Below are positions 37,988 through 47,242 of a stretch of DNA of 64,000 nt, piece after piece (the stretch's first letter is position 1; each line of letters opens with the position of its first letter). The translations under genes were made by a program, and so were the position numbers. Origin of the DNA: Acidimicrobiaceae bacterium (GTDB lineage Bacteria; Actinomycetota; Acidimicrobiia; Acidimicrobiales; RAAP-2); contig PKXA01000063.1 of NCBI GenBank assembly GCA_003133325.1, positions 18,954-82,953 of the forward strand. Reading direction: 5' to 3'. Under the pieces are notes generated by a model that searched no databases, had not been told where the DNA came from, and was given only the letters and a program-made list of their open reading frames with translations.

Positions 37988-39567
37988 GCGACCCCTTGAT
38001 CCGCCAATCCGGACGCCACGGTAAATCAGGCCGTCATGCCAAATCCGGGGGACCCCACCAGACCAGTCGAGTCCGCCACACCGGCCGGACCTCCGCTCGG
38101 ACCCGTCGACAGCTCCGTCCGGTGCGGGGCCGGATGGCAGCGGTGATTGGGGTGGCCGTCGTGGTCCTCGGCATAGGAATCGTTGATGTCGCTATCCCCG
38201 GTCCGTCCCAGCCGGGCGCGTCCCGTGTCGCCGACGGCGTGTCCATCCCGCCAGCCAGTTCTTCTGCTTCATCGGCATTCTGCACCGGCGGTGCTTCGGG
38301 ATTCGGTGGACTGGCGGGAACCACCATCTATTTGACCAATACCACCACCAAGACGGTTGACGGGACCATGACCTCACGGGTGGCGCCGGGGACGGGAAGT
38401 GGCGCCGCCAGTTCTGGCACACCGGGACCTCCCACCGTCCGGACGATCGGGATCCCTCCCATGGCGACGACTGCCGTCAACCCGGGGACCGGGTTGACGG
38501 CCGGTGATGTGGCAACGTCGTTTGTGTTCGCCGGAGGAGGAGTGGCCGCCAACCAGGTGGTGACCGGCACCGGCGGATGGAGCACAGCGCCCTGTGCCTC
38601 ACAGATAGCCACGTCGTGGTATTTCGCCGGGGGATCGACGACCGCCGGTAATGCGTTGACGCTCGACCTGTTCAACCCGACGTCAACCGACGCGGTGGTC
38701 AACGTCTCGTTTCTGACCAATTCCGGAATCATCACACCGTCGACCTATCAGGGTTTGGTTGTGCCGGCAGGCCAAATAGTGGCGGAGAACGTCGATGATT
38801 TTGTGCAGAATCAACCGGAGATCGCCACGCTGGTCTCGGCGCAGTCGACAGCGATCGTGGCCGATGAAGTGCAACAGTGGTCGACCGGCCCGACCGGCGG
38901 CGTGGCGCTTCGGCTTGGAACTCCATCTCTCTCCACTGTCTGGCACTTCGCCCAGACGACGAACTCCGCCAAAGGAACCGTCACGTTTCATCTGGCCAAC
39001 CCCGGCACCAAGGCAGGGATGGCGACCTTCGTAATCGGACTTCCATCGGCGTCGGTGGTTCCCATCCAGGTTCCCGTACCGGCTCAATCGGTGGTGACCT
39101 TCGTGGCGTCGGGCTCGAGCCGCTTGCCCGGTCAGGCACCGTACGCGGTGACGGTCAACTCCTCGGTGGGCCTGGTCGTCTCCCGTTCGGTACAGGCGGC
39201 AGGGGGCTCGACACCTCCAGTGTGGGGGGCGAGTGCCGGAACGGCGGCGGCGGGAACCCACTGGCTGGTCCCGGCCCCTGGGGCCGGGACCGCCCCGGGT
39301 ACCCCCCTTGCCACCGTCGTCAGCTTGGGGATTGCGAACCCAGGGACGTCGCCCGCACAGGTGCGGGTCGCAACGGCAGGAACCGGTGCGGTGGTGAGCT
39401 CGTTCACTGTTGCTCCCGGCTCGTTACTGGTCCTCGACTCCAAACTGGTCAGCGGTCTCCAGACATTTGACGTGACCTCAACTCAACCCGTCACGGTCGA
39501 GGAGGATGACGGCCCGACCGGAGCGGTGGGGATCGTGTCGTCGACCGGCATACCGTTCACTTCCTGA
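37984..39567 (+). CDS. DUF5719-like single-pass protein with four ~110-aa beta-rich repeats.
   Basis: GTGA overlap with the upstream gene. An Arg-rich N-terminus is followed by TM AAVIGVAVVVLGIGIV. The periodic motifs are YLTNTT, DLFNPT, HLANPG and GIANPG at ~aa 116, 228, 336 and 448. Confidence 0.7.
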   Translation: MSDPLIRQSGRHGKSGRHAKSGGPHQTSRVRHTGRTSARTRRQLRPVRGRMAAVIGVAVVVLGIGIVDVAIPGPSQPGASRVADGVSIPPASSSASSAFCTGGASGFGGLAGTTIYLTNTTTKTVDGTMTSRVAPGTGSGAASSGTPGPPTVRTIGIPPMATTAVNPGTGLTAGDVATSFVFAGGGVAANQVVTGTGGWSTAPCASQIATSWYFAGGSTTAGNALTLDLFNPTSTDAVVNVSFLTNSGIITPSTYQGLVVPAGQIVAENVDDFVQNQPEIATLVSAQSTAIVADEVQQWSTGPTGGVALRLGTPSLSTVWHFAQTTNSAKGTVTFHLANPGTKAGMATFVIGLPSASVVPIQVPVPAQSVVTFVASGSSRLPGQAPYAVTVNSSVGLVVSRSVQAAGGSTPPVWGASAGTAAAGTHWLVPAPGAGTAPGTPLATVVSLGIANPGTSPAQVRVATAGTGAVVSSFTVAPGSLLVLDSKLVSGLQTFDVTSTQPVTVEEDDGPTGAVGIVSSTGIPFTS

Positions 39568-39687
39568 GTTCCTCGATGGCTCGGGCGCCGGGCCCAAGGG
39601 TCCGCCCCTGGCCACCCGGTAGCTCCCCGCCAACCGACTACGCCCGAGAGGCCAACTTCCCGCCCGGTTTGGGGCCGGCAGGCGAAC

Positions 39688-41934
39688 TTACCGAGAAGGC
39701 GGCGGCGGCGGTGGTGGCGGCCACGGGGCCTGGCGGGGCCAGGGGCCGGGTGCCGGATGCTTGGGCCACGGGGCCGCAACCTGGGGGGCATGACCGGCAG
39801 GGGCCGACGGGGGCGGCCACGGTGAACCGGTGGGTGACGGGGTTTCGGCATCCTTGGCTCCGGACACACCGGCGTTGGTAGGGGAGTCCGCGTCCGTGGG
39901 GGCCGGCGTCGGCATTTCTGCGTCGGCGGAGGCGGTCTCGGCGCTGGCACCGGGAATCGACCCTTCTCCCACGGGCCCATCGGCGTTGTCTGATCCGGTT
40001 GGGCCGTGTTGTGCCGCCACAAAGACGGGGGGGATGGACTTGGCGCCATGCTCGTGCACGGGTTGACCGTAGGAGGTGTCGACCAGGCGGCCGACAGTCT
40101 CTCCGTCGATCGTCTCCTCGTCGAGAAGGGCCCGGGCCACTGCGTCCAACCCGCCCCGGTGGCGGGCCAGGACCTCGAGCGCCCGTTCTTCTTGCGCCCT
40201 GAGGATGAGCTCGACCTCGTCGTCGATGACCTGGCCGGTGTGTTCCGAATAGTCGCGGGTGTGCATCAGGTCCTCACCCAGAAACACCTGGCCCTGGGAT
40301 CCCCATGCCATGGGACCGATCTTGTCGCTCATTCCCCATTCACGCACCATTTTGCGGGCGAGTTCGGTGTTGCCCACCAGGTCGTTGCTTGCTCCCGTCG
40401 AGAGATCGCCATAGACGAGCAACTCGGCGGCCCGACCACCCATGCGGACGGCCAGCGAGTCCTCGATGTTCTGGCGCGGATGGATATGACGCTCTTCCAT
40501 CGGGAGTTGCATGGTGACGCCCAGGGCCATGCCCGTCGGCAGAATGGTCACCTTGTGGACCGGATCGGCACCGGGGAGGACATAGGCCAACACCGCGTGG
40601 CCGCCTTCGTGGAAGGCCACCCGCTCTTTTTCTTCATCGGAGAGCACCAGGCTCTCGCGGCGCTGCCCCATCAGGACGCGATCCCTCGCTGCTTCGAAGT
40701 CGACGTTCTCGATGACCTCTGAGCCCCGGCGCACGGCGTGGAGTGCGGCTTCGTTCACCAGGTTGGCCAGGTCGGCTCCGCTCATCCCGGGCGTTCCCCG
40801 GGCCACGACGCCGAGATCCACGGTGGGGGCGACGCGCTTGTCCTTGCAGTGCACCTGCAGAATGGGCAGCCGTTCGTCGAGGTCGGGTAGGGGCACCACG
40901 ATCTGCCGGTCGAATCGACCAGGCCGGAGAATGGCGGCATCCAGGATGTCGGGCCGGTTGGTGGCGGCCATCACCACGATGCCCTCGGTCGGTTCGAACC
41001 CGTCCATCTCCGAAAGGAGTTGGTTGAGGGTTTGCTCGCGCTCATCGTGGCCACCGCCCAAACCGGCACCACGCTTTCGGCCGATCGAGTCGATCTCGTC
41101 GATGAACACGATGGCCGGAGCCTGCTTCCGGGCGGTGGCGAACAGGTCACGCACCCGGCTGGCACCGACGCCCACGAACATCTCCATGAAGTCCGAGCCG
41201 CTGACCGACATGAACGGCACACCGGCCTCACCGGCCACCGCCCGGGCGAGGAGGGTCTTACCGGTGCCCGGCGGGCCTACCAGCAGAATGCCCTTCGGGA
41301 TGCGAGCGCCGATGTCCTTGAAGCGGGCCGGGGTCTTGAGGAAATCGACGACCTCGCTGATCTCGAGTTTGACGCCCCCGTAGCCGGCTACATCATCGAA
41401 GGTGGTGGACGGCCGTTCGGTGGAATACAGCTTGGCCTTGGACCGTCCGATCGACATGATGCTTCCCATTTGACCCTGCGCCTTCCGACTGATGTAGAAA
41501 AAGACTCCGAAGATGAGCGCAAATGGGAGAACCCACGTCAAGATGATCCCGAGCAAGCTGTTGGACGGAGGTGTCACCAGCTTGTAATTGTTTCCGAGGA
41601 CGTGGAGTGCGGTGACTTCAGAGTCGATGACCGGGTTGGGCCCGTTGACGGTGTAACTGGTCCCGTTGTGGAGTGTCCCGGTGATGACGCCGTTGCTCTG
41701 GTTCACACTGGCCGACTTGACCTGCTTGCCCTGAAGATCGCTGAGGAACGTGTTGTAACTCACCGAAGTCGCGTGAGACGTGTGCATCAACGAAGGGACG
41801 ATCAACACGGCCAGGATGGCGACGGCAATCACCACATAGAGAACCAAGCGGTTTCTGTTCTGACCTGGTGCTCCATCGCCGGGTCCACCGGAGTTCATCG
41901 GACCTGGGGGCAAGTTGGGGTTAGGCGGGGTCAC
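39688..41934 (-). CDS. ftsH: ATP-dependent zinc metalloprotease FtsH with a Pro/Trp-rich C-terminal tail.
   Basis: Two N-terminal TMs, [11 protein letters not shown], a second region of homology (SRH), and the Zn motif HEGGHA. The tail is ~110 aa. An alternative ATG start lies at 41898. Confidence 0.93.
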   Translation of the reverse strand: MTPPNPNLPPGPMNSGGPGDGAPGQNRNRLVLYVVIAVAILAVLIVPSLMHTSHATSVSYNTFLSDLQGKQVKSASVNQSNGVITGTLHNGTSYTVNGPNPVIDSEVTALHVLGNNYKLVTPPSNSLLGIILTWVLPFALIFGVFFYISRKAQGQMGSIMSIGRSKAKLYSTERPSTTFDDVAGYGGVKLEISEVVDFLKTPARFKDIGARIPKGILLVGPPGTGKTLLARAVAGEAGVPFMSVSGSDFMEMFVGVGASRVRDLFATARKQAPAIVFIDEIDSIGRKRGAGLGGGHDEREQTLNQLLSEMDGFEPTEGIVVMAATNRPDILDAAILRPGRFDRQIVVPLPDLDERLPILQVHCKDKRVAPTVDLGVVARGTPGMSGADLANLVNEAALHAVRRGSEVIENVDFEAARDRVLMGQRRESLVLSDEEKERVAFHEGGHAVLAYVLPGADPVHKVTILPTGMALGVTMQLPMEERHIHPRQNIEDSLAVRMGGRAAELLVYGDLSTGASNDLVGNTELARKMVREWGMSDKIGPMAWGSQGQVFLGEDLMHTRDYSEHTGQVIDDEVELILRAQEERALEVLARHRGGLDAVARALLDEETIDGETVGRLVDTSYGQPVHEHGAKSIPPVFVAAQHGPTGSDNADGPVGEGSIPGASAETASADAEMPTPAPTDADSPTNAGVSGAKDAETPSPTGSPWPPPSAPAGHAPQVAAPWPKHPAPGPWPRQAPWPPPPPPPPSR

Positions 41935-42046
41935 CGGCCCATGCTATTCGGCCATGGGCGACAGCGAGGCATCGCCCTGTTGATGCGTGCGCGCAGTTGT
42001 GGGGGGGCGCTAGCTGGGAAGGGGTGGTGATCGCTAACGTGTCGGC

Positions 42047-43036
42047 GTGACCAACGGAGGAGAAGGCGGAGCAAGTGGGTGGATTCCGCCCCCCGGATGG
42101 GTACCTCCGCCGGGATGGGTACCTCCCGGCGGATGGGCTCCGCCGCCTCCGGGCTGGGCGCAACCCCCGTCGCCGTGGGGTCAGACAGCCGTAGTCGGCC
42201 CGTCCTTCCCGGGCAGTCCGACAGCAGCCCTCGCCCTAGGAGATACGCCGCTCAATCGTCAGTTGGACGCAGGGGCGGCGCCCACTTCACGCGGTTCGGC
42301 CTGGATGTGGCTCTTGTTCGGTGCGCTGGGCTTCTTGGGTGGCCAGGTTCTGGGTGCCATTTTCGTCGTCGTGGCGGCGGTCCCGGCCGGAAAGCTCCAC
42401 ACCCTCAACACCATTGCAAATCTCAGTGAGCCCCCCACCTGGTACATCGTGTCCACCCTGCTCGGTCTCTGGGCCGGATTCTTCGGGGGACCCTGGCTGG
42501 CCTCTACCGTCCGCGGCACCCGTAGTGCCGTGCGGGATCTCGGTCTCCGATTCAAATGGATCGATCTGGTCGGCATACCCATCGGCATCGGTGGCCAATT
42601 TTTGGTGGCGGCCATCTACATCCCGATCTCACAGCACGTGAACAACTTCAACAGCAAGTTCAATGCGCCCAGTCAGAAGTTGACGGGTGGGTCGCACGGG
42701 ATCGGATTCGCGATCATTGCCATCCTTACGGTGGTCGGTGCGCCATTCTTCGAAGAGCTGTTCTTCCGAGGTTTATTGCTGCGGTCGTTCGCCCGTCTGT
42801 TCGGAACGTTCGGGCACTGGGTCGGGCCGGCGTTGGCCATCGTGATCACCGGGGTCCTGTTTGGACTTGCCCACGCCGAGTCGCTGCAACTCCTGGGATT
42901 GGCCACCTTCGGGATCATCCTGTCGTTCATCTCGTACCGGACCGGGCGGCTGGGCATGAACATGGTCTCGCACGCCACCTTCAACCTGGTAGCGGTGGTG
43001 GCCACCCTGGCCGCCGGCACCGGCGTCCTGTTCTGA
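42047..43036 (+). CDS. CPBP (CAAX/Abi) intramembrane glutamic protease with an N-terminal GWxPPP repeat region.
   Basis: FFEELFFRGLLL, FGLAHAES and SHATFN. Confidence 0.85.
   Translation: MTNGGEGGASGWIPPPGWVPPPGWVPPGGWAPPPPGWAQPPSPWGQTAVVGPSFPGSPTAALALGDTPLNRQLDAGAAPTSRGSAWMWLLFGALGFLGGQVLGAIFVVVAAVPAGKLHTLNTIANLSEPPTWYIVSTLLGLWAGFFGGPWLASTVRGTRSAVRDLGLRFKWIDLVGIPIGIGGQFLVAAIYIPISQHVNNFNSKFNAPSQKLTGGSHGIGFAIIAILTVVGAPFFEELFFRGLLLRSFARLFGTFGHWVGPALAIVITGVLFGLAHAESLQLLGLATFGIILSFISYRTGRLGMNMVSHATFNLVAVVATLAAGTGVLF
42078..42160 (+). repeat. Imperfect 18-nt in-frame tandem repeat, 4-5 copies (GW[IVA]PPP).
   Basis: GGATGGGTACCTCCGCCG, GGATGGGTACCTCCCGGC and GGATGGGCTCCGCCGCCT, with degenerate flanking copies. 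Confidence 0.8.
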
Positions 43037-43037
43037 C

Positions 43038-45527
43038 GTGGCCTCCTCTCCGGTACCGTCCCATCCCGTCCGTCGCCTGTCCCAACGGATGACCCGGCCC
43101 TCTGCCTGGCCGACCTGGGCCACTGTTCTCACGATTCTGGGTGCCACGGCGGTTGCACTCTGGCAACTCCATCCATCGCTGCTGCTGGCCTCTACCACCA
43201 CGGCCGGCGGTGACACAGGCGCTCACGTGGCGCTGCCCAAGTTCTTGGAGTCGAACCTCCTTGCTCACGGTCAACTGTCCGGCTGGGATCCCGCGTGGTA
43301 CGACGGCTTCCCGCTGTACACGTTCTACTTCCCGCTACCCGCTCTGTTCACCGTGTTCTTCAACGGCGTGGTGAGTTATGACGTCGCCTTCAAGTTGGTG
43401 ACGGTGCTCGGAACGCTGACCCTGCCCCTGGCGGCATGGGTGTTCGGACGCTTGGCCGGTCTGCGTGATCCGGGGCCGGGTTGCCTGGCCGCGGCCACCT
43501 TGCCCTTTCTGTTCGAGCCGAGCTTCTCTATCTACGGCGGCAACCTCCTGTCCACCCTGGCCGGGGAGTTCTCCTACTCGCTCAGTCTCTCGCTGTCACT
43601 GGTCTTTCTGGGCCTGGTGGCCGCCGGGCTCCGGACCGGTCGCCACCGGTCGCTGGCGGCGGTTCTCCTGGCCGCCACCCTGTTGTGCCATCTGATCCCA
43701 GCGATCTTCGCGGCAGCCGGGGCCGGCGTGTGGTTGATCCTCGATGCAGATCTGCGTCGTGCCTTCCGGGGAGGGCTGCGCGGGGTAGTGGCTAGACGCC
43801 GGTGGTCGCGCCGCCTGTTGTGGACGTTGGTTGTCGGCGTGGTCGGGTTCGGACTGACGGCATGGTGGGTGGTGCCGTTTGCCGTTCGGCAGGCCTACGC
43901 CACCAACATGGGATGGCTGAACGTCGATGGCTTCCCCCACCTTCTCTTCCCGGCTTCGTCTCGATGGGTTCAGGGCGCCGCCGTCATCGGGTTGGTGGCG
44001 ACGGTGATCAGACGTAATCGGGTTGGTCTGTTCATCGCCATCATGGGGGGCATCTCGGCCGGGGTGGTCTGCCTCGATCCTCAGGGGAAGCTCTACAACG
44101 TCCGCTTCCTCCCCTTCTGGTTCCTCTGTCTGTATTTCCTCGGTGGGATTGCCGTGTCGGAGATTGTCTCGGGGGCGGCTCGATGGATCCGTCGGCGACA
44201 GCTCAAACACTGGGTCGCATTGGTCGGCAGTCGACTCCCGTCAGGCGAAGGTGATCGATGGCGACCGGCATGGAGAGTCAGTCGGTTCCGACGTCCGACC
44301 CCGAGTGCCACCCCTGCCGGCGCTGTGGTCGGTCCACTCATCGCACTGGCGGCCGCGTGCCTGGCAGTCCTTCCCCCACTGGTGCTTCCGGCCTCGGCGC
44401 TGACCCACGTTGGAGTGACCGTCGGTGCCAACCAACCGAGCTCGTGGGCCGAGTGGAACTACTCGGGCTACGAACGCAAGCCCGACTTCCCCGAATACAA
44501 GGCGGTGATTGACATGATGGCCAACGTCGGTGCTCGCCAGGGATGCGGACGGTCCATGTGGGAATACGACCCCTCCCTGAACCGATTTGGCACCACCGAG
44601 TCTCTGATGCTGCTGCCCTATTGGACCAGCGGATGCATCGATTCGATGGAGGGGCTCCTCTTCGAATCCTCGACCACGACGCCGTATCACTTCATCAACC
44701 AGAGCGAGCTCTCGGTCACACCGTCTGACGCCATGGTGGGACTGCCATACGGCGGGCTGAACGTTCCGCTCGGCATCGAGCATCTGCAACAGCTGGGAGT
44801 GCGCTACTTCCTGGCCTCGTCGACGACAACTGAACAGGCAGCGGCAGCTGATCCTCTACTCACCCCGGTTGCCTCGAGCGGGCCCTGGCACACCACCTAT
44901 AACGGCGAGGTCCTCGCTACGACGTGGAAGGTGTACCGGATAGCTGGCTCGCAACTGGTTCGTCCGCTGCCCAATCAGCCGGTGGTGTGGAAAGGCGTGG
45001 GAAACGCCCAGACGAGTTGGTTGAATCCGTCGGTGGCCTGGTATGACAACCCCGCCGGGTGGGACGTGGTGCCCGCCGCCACCGGTCCCTCGAACTGGGA
45101 CCGGGTTTCGATCGGCGACGCCTACCCACCCAAGGTCCCCGAGCCGGTGACGACGGTGACCCACATCGCCCAGTCGGACAGCACCATCAGCTTCCATGTG
45201 GACAAGATCGGGACACCGGTGGAAGTGAAGGTCTCGTACTTCCCAAATTGGCAGGCCACTGGCGCTCAGGGCCCCTGGCGAGTGGCACCCAACCTGATGG
45301 TCGTCGTCCCCACCAGCCATGAGGTGACGCTGCACTACGGGACGACGAATGCCGAACTGACCGGTTGGTTGCTCACCCTTGGCGCGGCGATAGCGGCGGT
45401 GGGCATGACGATTGTGGGGCGTAAGGCCAAGCGCCGGGCCCGGCGTGGTGTCGGGCACGGTATTCGGACCGCGTCCCTGGGAGACTTGGGCCGTCCCTCG
45501 TCCAGTGCGCCGAGGCCCCGAGCATGA
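43038..45527 (+). CDS. 829-aa polytopic membrane protein; putative GT-C-type (YfhO/PTPS-related-like) glycosyltransferase.
   Basis: The GTG start is 1 nt after the CPBP stop. The first outside loop reads GGDTGAH...WDPAWYDGFPLYTFYFPLP. About 10 TMs are followed by a ~380-aa ecto-domain (LGVRYFLAS, WKVYRIAGS) and a C-terminal TM. The functional call is inference. Confidence 0.65.
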   Translation: MASSPVPSHPVRRLSQRMTRPSAWPTWATVLTILGATAVALWQLHPSLLLASTTTAGGDTGAHVALPKFLESNLLAHGQLSGWDPAWYDGFPLYTFYFPLPALFTVFFNGVVSYDVAFKLVTVLGTLTLPLAAWVFGRLAGLRDPGPGCLAAATLPFLFEPSFSIYGGNLLSTLAGEFSYSLSLSLSLVFLGLVAAGLRTGRHRSLAAVLLAATLLCHLIPAIFAAAGAGVWLILDADLRRAFRGGLRGVVARRRWSRRLLWTLVVGVVGFGLTAWWVVPFAVRQAYATNMGWLNVDGFPHLLFPASSRWVQGAAVIGLVATVIRRNRVGLFIAIMGGISAGVVCLDPQGKLYNVRFLPFWFLCLYFLGGIAVSEIVSGAARWIRRRQLKHWVALVGSRLPSGEGDRWRPAWRVSRFRRPTPSATPAGAVVGPLIALAAACLAVLPPLVLPASALTHVGVTVGANQPSSWAEWNYSGYERKPDFPEYKAVIDMMANVGARQGCGRSMWEYDPSLNRFGTTESLMLLPYWTSGCIDSMEGLLFESSTTTPYHFINQSELSVTPSDAMVGLPYGGLNVPLGIEHLQQLGVRYFLASSTTTEQAAAADPLLTPVASSGPWHTTYNGEVLATTWKVYRIAGSQLVRPLPNQPVVWKGVGNAQTSWLNPSVAWYDNPAGWDVVPAATGPSNWDRVSIGDAYPPKVPEPVTTVTHIAQSDSTISFHVDKIGTPVEVKVSYFPNWQATGAQGPWRVAPNLMVVVPTSHEVTLHYGTTNAELTGWLLTLGAAIAAVGMTIVGRKAKRRARRGVGHGIRTASLGDLGRPSSSAPRPRA

Positions 45528-45880
45528 CGGACCGGTGACACCCGACTTCGAGCGGGTGGGTATCTTCTCCGGATCAAGTCCGGGCATGCGGGCCGAAGTC
45601 TGCACCCGTCTGCCACCCGTCACCGGTGGATGCAGGGCATGATCCTGGGAGCGTCAGCTCCCGGCCGTCACAGCAATGCTGTCTGTGTGGTCGAGGCACC
45701 TCCGGAATTGGCCAGGGTGGGCGGGGTGGTTCCGGCTGGCGTCTCGACGATGGTGACATCGTGTGGATCGCCGACGTGATGGCCATCTCTCAGCGCCGGG
45801 CCCCGGAAATCGGGGTTGAAGGTTGGATCCGAATGACTCGTGAAGGACTGCGAGCAGTGCCGGGCCACATTCGCCTGTAG

Positions 45881-45910
45881 TATCTGTCATATCTGTCATA
45901 TCTGGCGTAT
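45881..45910. promoter_or_regulatory. AT-rich 9-nt tandem repeat, 3 copies, in the gap upstream of the desaturase.
   Basis: TATCTGTCA TATCTGTCA TATCTGGCG TAT. Confidence 0.45.
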
Positions 45911-46106
45911 GAACTCCTCTTGTGCCAGTTCAAGCTGAAAATGAGGCATTCCGCTGGATACTCAAGCCATTGCAGGTCGGCCGATCTCGGCTCGGCTGGC
46001 ACCGCCCCTTGTCGATCGCACGCAATTCTCCCCGCAGTTCACGGATACCATCACCGTATCTCCGGCCGAGCGGGATGACGGCGGATTCTCTGAACTCTCC
46101 CGGCAG

Positions 46107-47075
46107 GTGAAACAGGCAGGCCTGCTCGACCGCCGGTTTGCCTCGGACAAGGTCAGGATGGGGGTCAACGCCCTCCTACTGGCTGCCGGGTGGACGGCCT
46201 TCATGCTCATCGGCGACTCGTGGTACCAGCTGATCGTGGCCGTGTATCTGGCCTTGGTGTTGGGACAGATCGGCTTCGTCGCCCATGACATCGGGCATCG
46301 TCAGACCCACCGGTCCCGCCGTCTCAACGACTTCTTTGGCCTGATCAATGCCAACCTTTTCTTGGGCATGAGTTATGGCTGGTGGATCGACAAGCACACC
46401 CGCCATCACACCCGCCCGAATGAGGAGGGGAGAGACCCTGATATCGGTACGGGGATCTTCGCGTGGACCACCGGCCAGGCTCGGGTCAAGCGTGGGCCGG
46501 GCCGACTGCTGGCCCGTTACCAAGCGGTCCTGTTCCTTCCCATGCTCCTGCTCGAAGGGCTGCACCTCCAGGTGGCCGGTATCCGGGCTCTACCGGCCCG
46601 CACCAGCCGTCAGCTCCCCAAGGAAGCCATCCTGCTCGGGCTCCATGTCGCCCTGTACGTGGCGGCGCTCTTGATCGTTCTGTCGCCGGTGCATGCGCTG
46701 GTGTTTTTGGCGGTGAACCAGGGCCTGCTCGGGCTGTATCTCGGAAGCGCATTTGCGCCGAACCACAAGGGCATGCCCATCTTGCCCGAAGGTGACGCCA
46801 CCGGGTTTCTCGAACGCCAGGTCATCACCGCTCGCAATGTGCGGGGTGGGATCATCAGCGACTTCGCCCTCGGGGGTCTGAATTATCAGATCGAGCATCA
46901 CCTGTTCCCGTCCATGCCCAGACGTAACCTTCGCCGGTCCCAGCCGTTGGTGAAGGCATTCTGCGAACGCCACAACTTGTACTACCACGAGCAAGGCTTC
47001 GTGGCGTCGTATGCACAGGTGCTTCGACATCTCCATGCCGTCGGCGCCCCGATACGAGGTCGTACCACGGCGTAA
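46107..47075 (+). CDS. Membrane fatty-acid (acyl-CoA/lipid) desaturase. The true N-terminus is possibly upstream.
   Basis: His boxes HDIGHRQ, HTRHH and QIEHHLFP, with 4 TM segments. Confidence 0.85.
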   Translation: MKQAGLLDRRFASDKVRMGVNALLLAAGWTAFMLIGDSWYQLIVAVYLALVLGQIGFVAHDIGHRQTHRSRRLNDFFGLINANLFLGMSYGWWIDKHTRHHTRPNEEGRDPDIGTGIFAWTTGQARVKRGPGRLLARYQAVLFLPMLLLEGLHLQVAGIRALPARTSRQLPKEAILLGLHVALYVAALLIVLSPVHALVFLAVNQGLLGLYLGSAFAPNHKGMPILPEGDATGFLERQVITARNVRGGIISDFALGGLNYQIEHHLFPSMPRRNLRRSQPLVKAFCERHNLYYHEQGFVASYAQVLRHLHAVGAPIRGRTTA

Positions 47076-47079
47076 TCGG

Positions 47080-47118
47080 GGGAGCGGGTCGCATCCCGGC
47101 GCCGTCGCCCGCGCTCCC
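47080..47118 (+). terminator. Imperfect GC hairpin after the desaturase.
   Basis: GGGAGCG(GG) pairs with (CC)gCGCTCCC across a ~20-nt loop. Confidence 0.3.
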
Positions 47119-47242
47119 GGCCGGCGTACCGCAGGTCCTCGGGCGAGCCGGCGCCTGTCGGTTGCCCACCTCGCGGAAGTGGAATTCGAAACTCTCCCCG
47201 CCCACGGAGCCGACGATCCAGCCTGAGTAGGATGGTCGGGCT

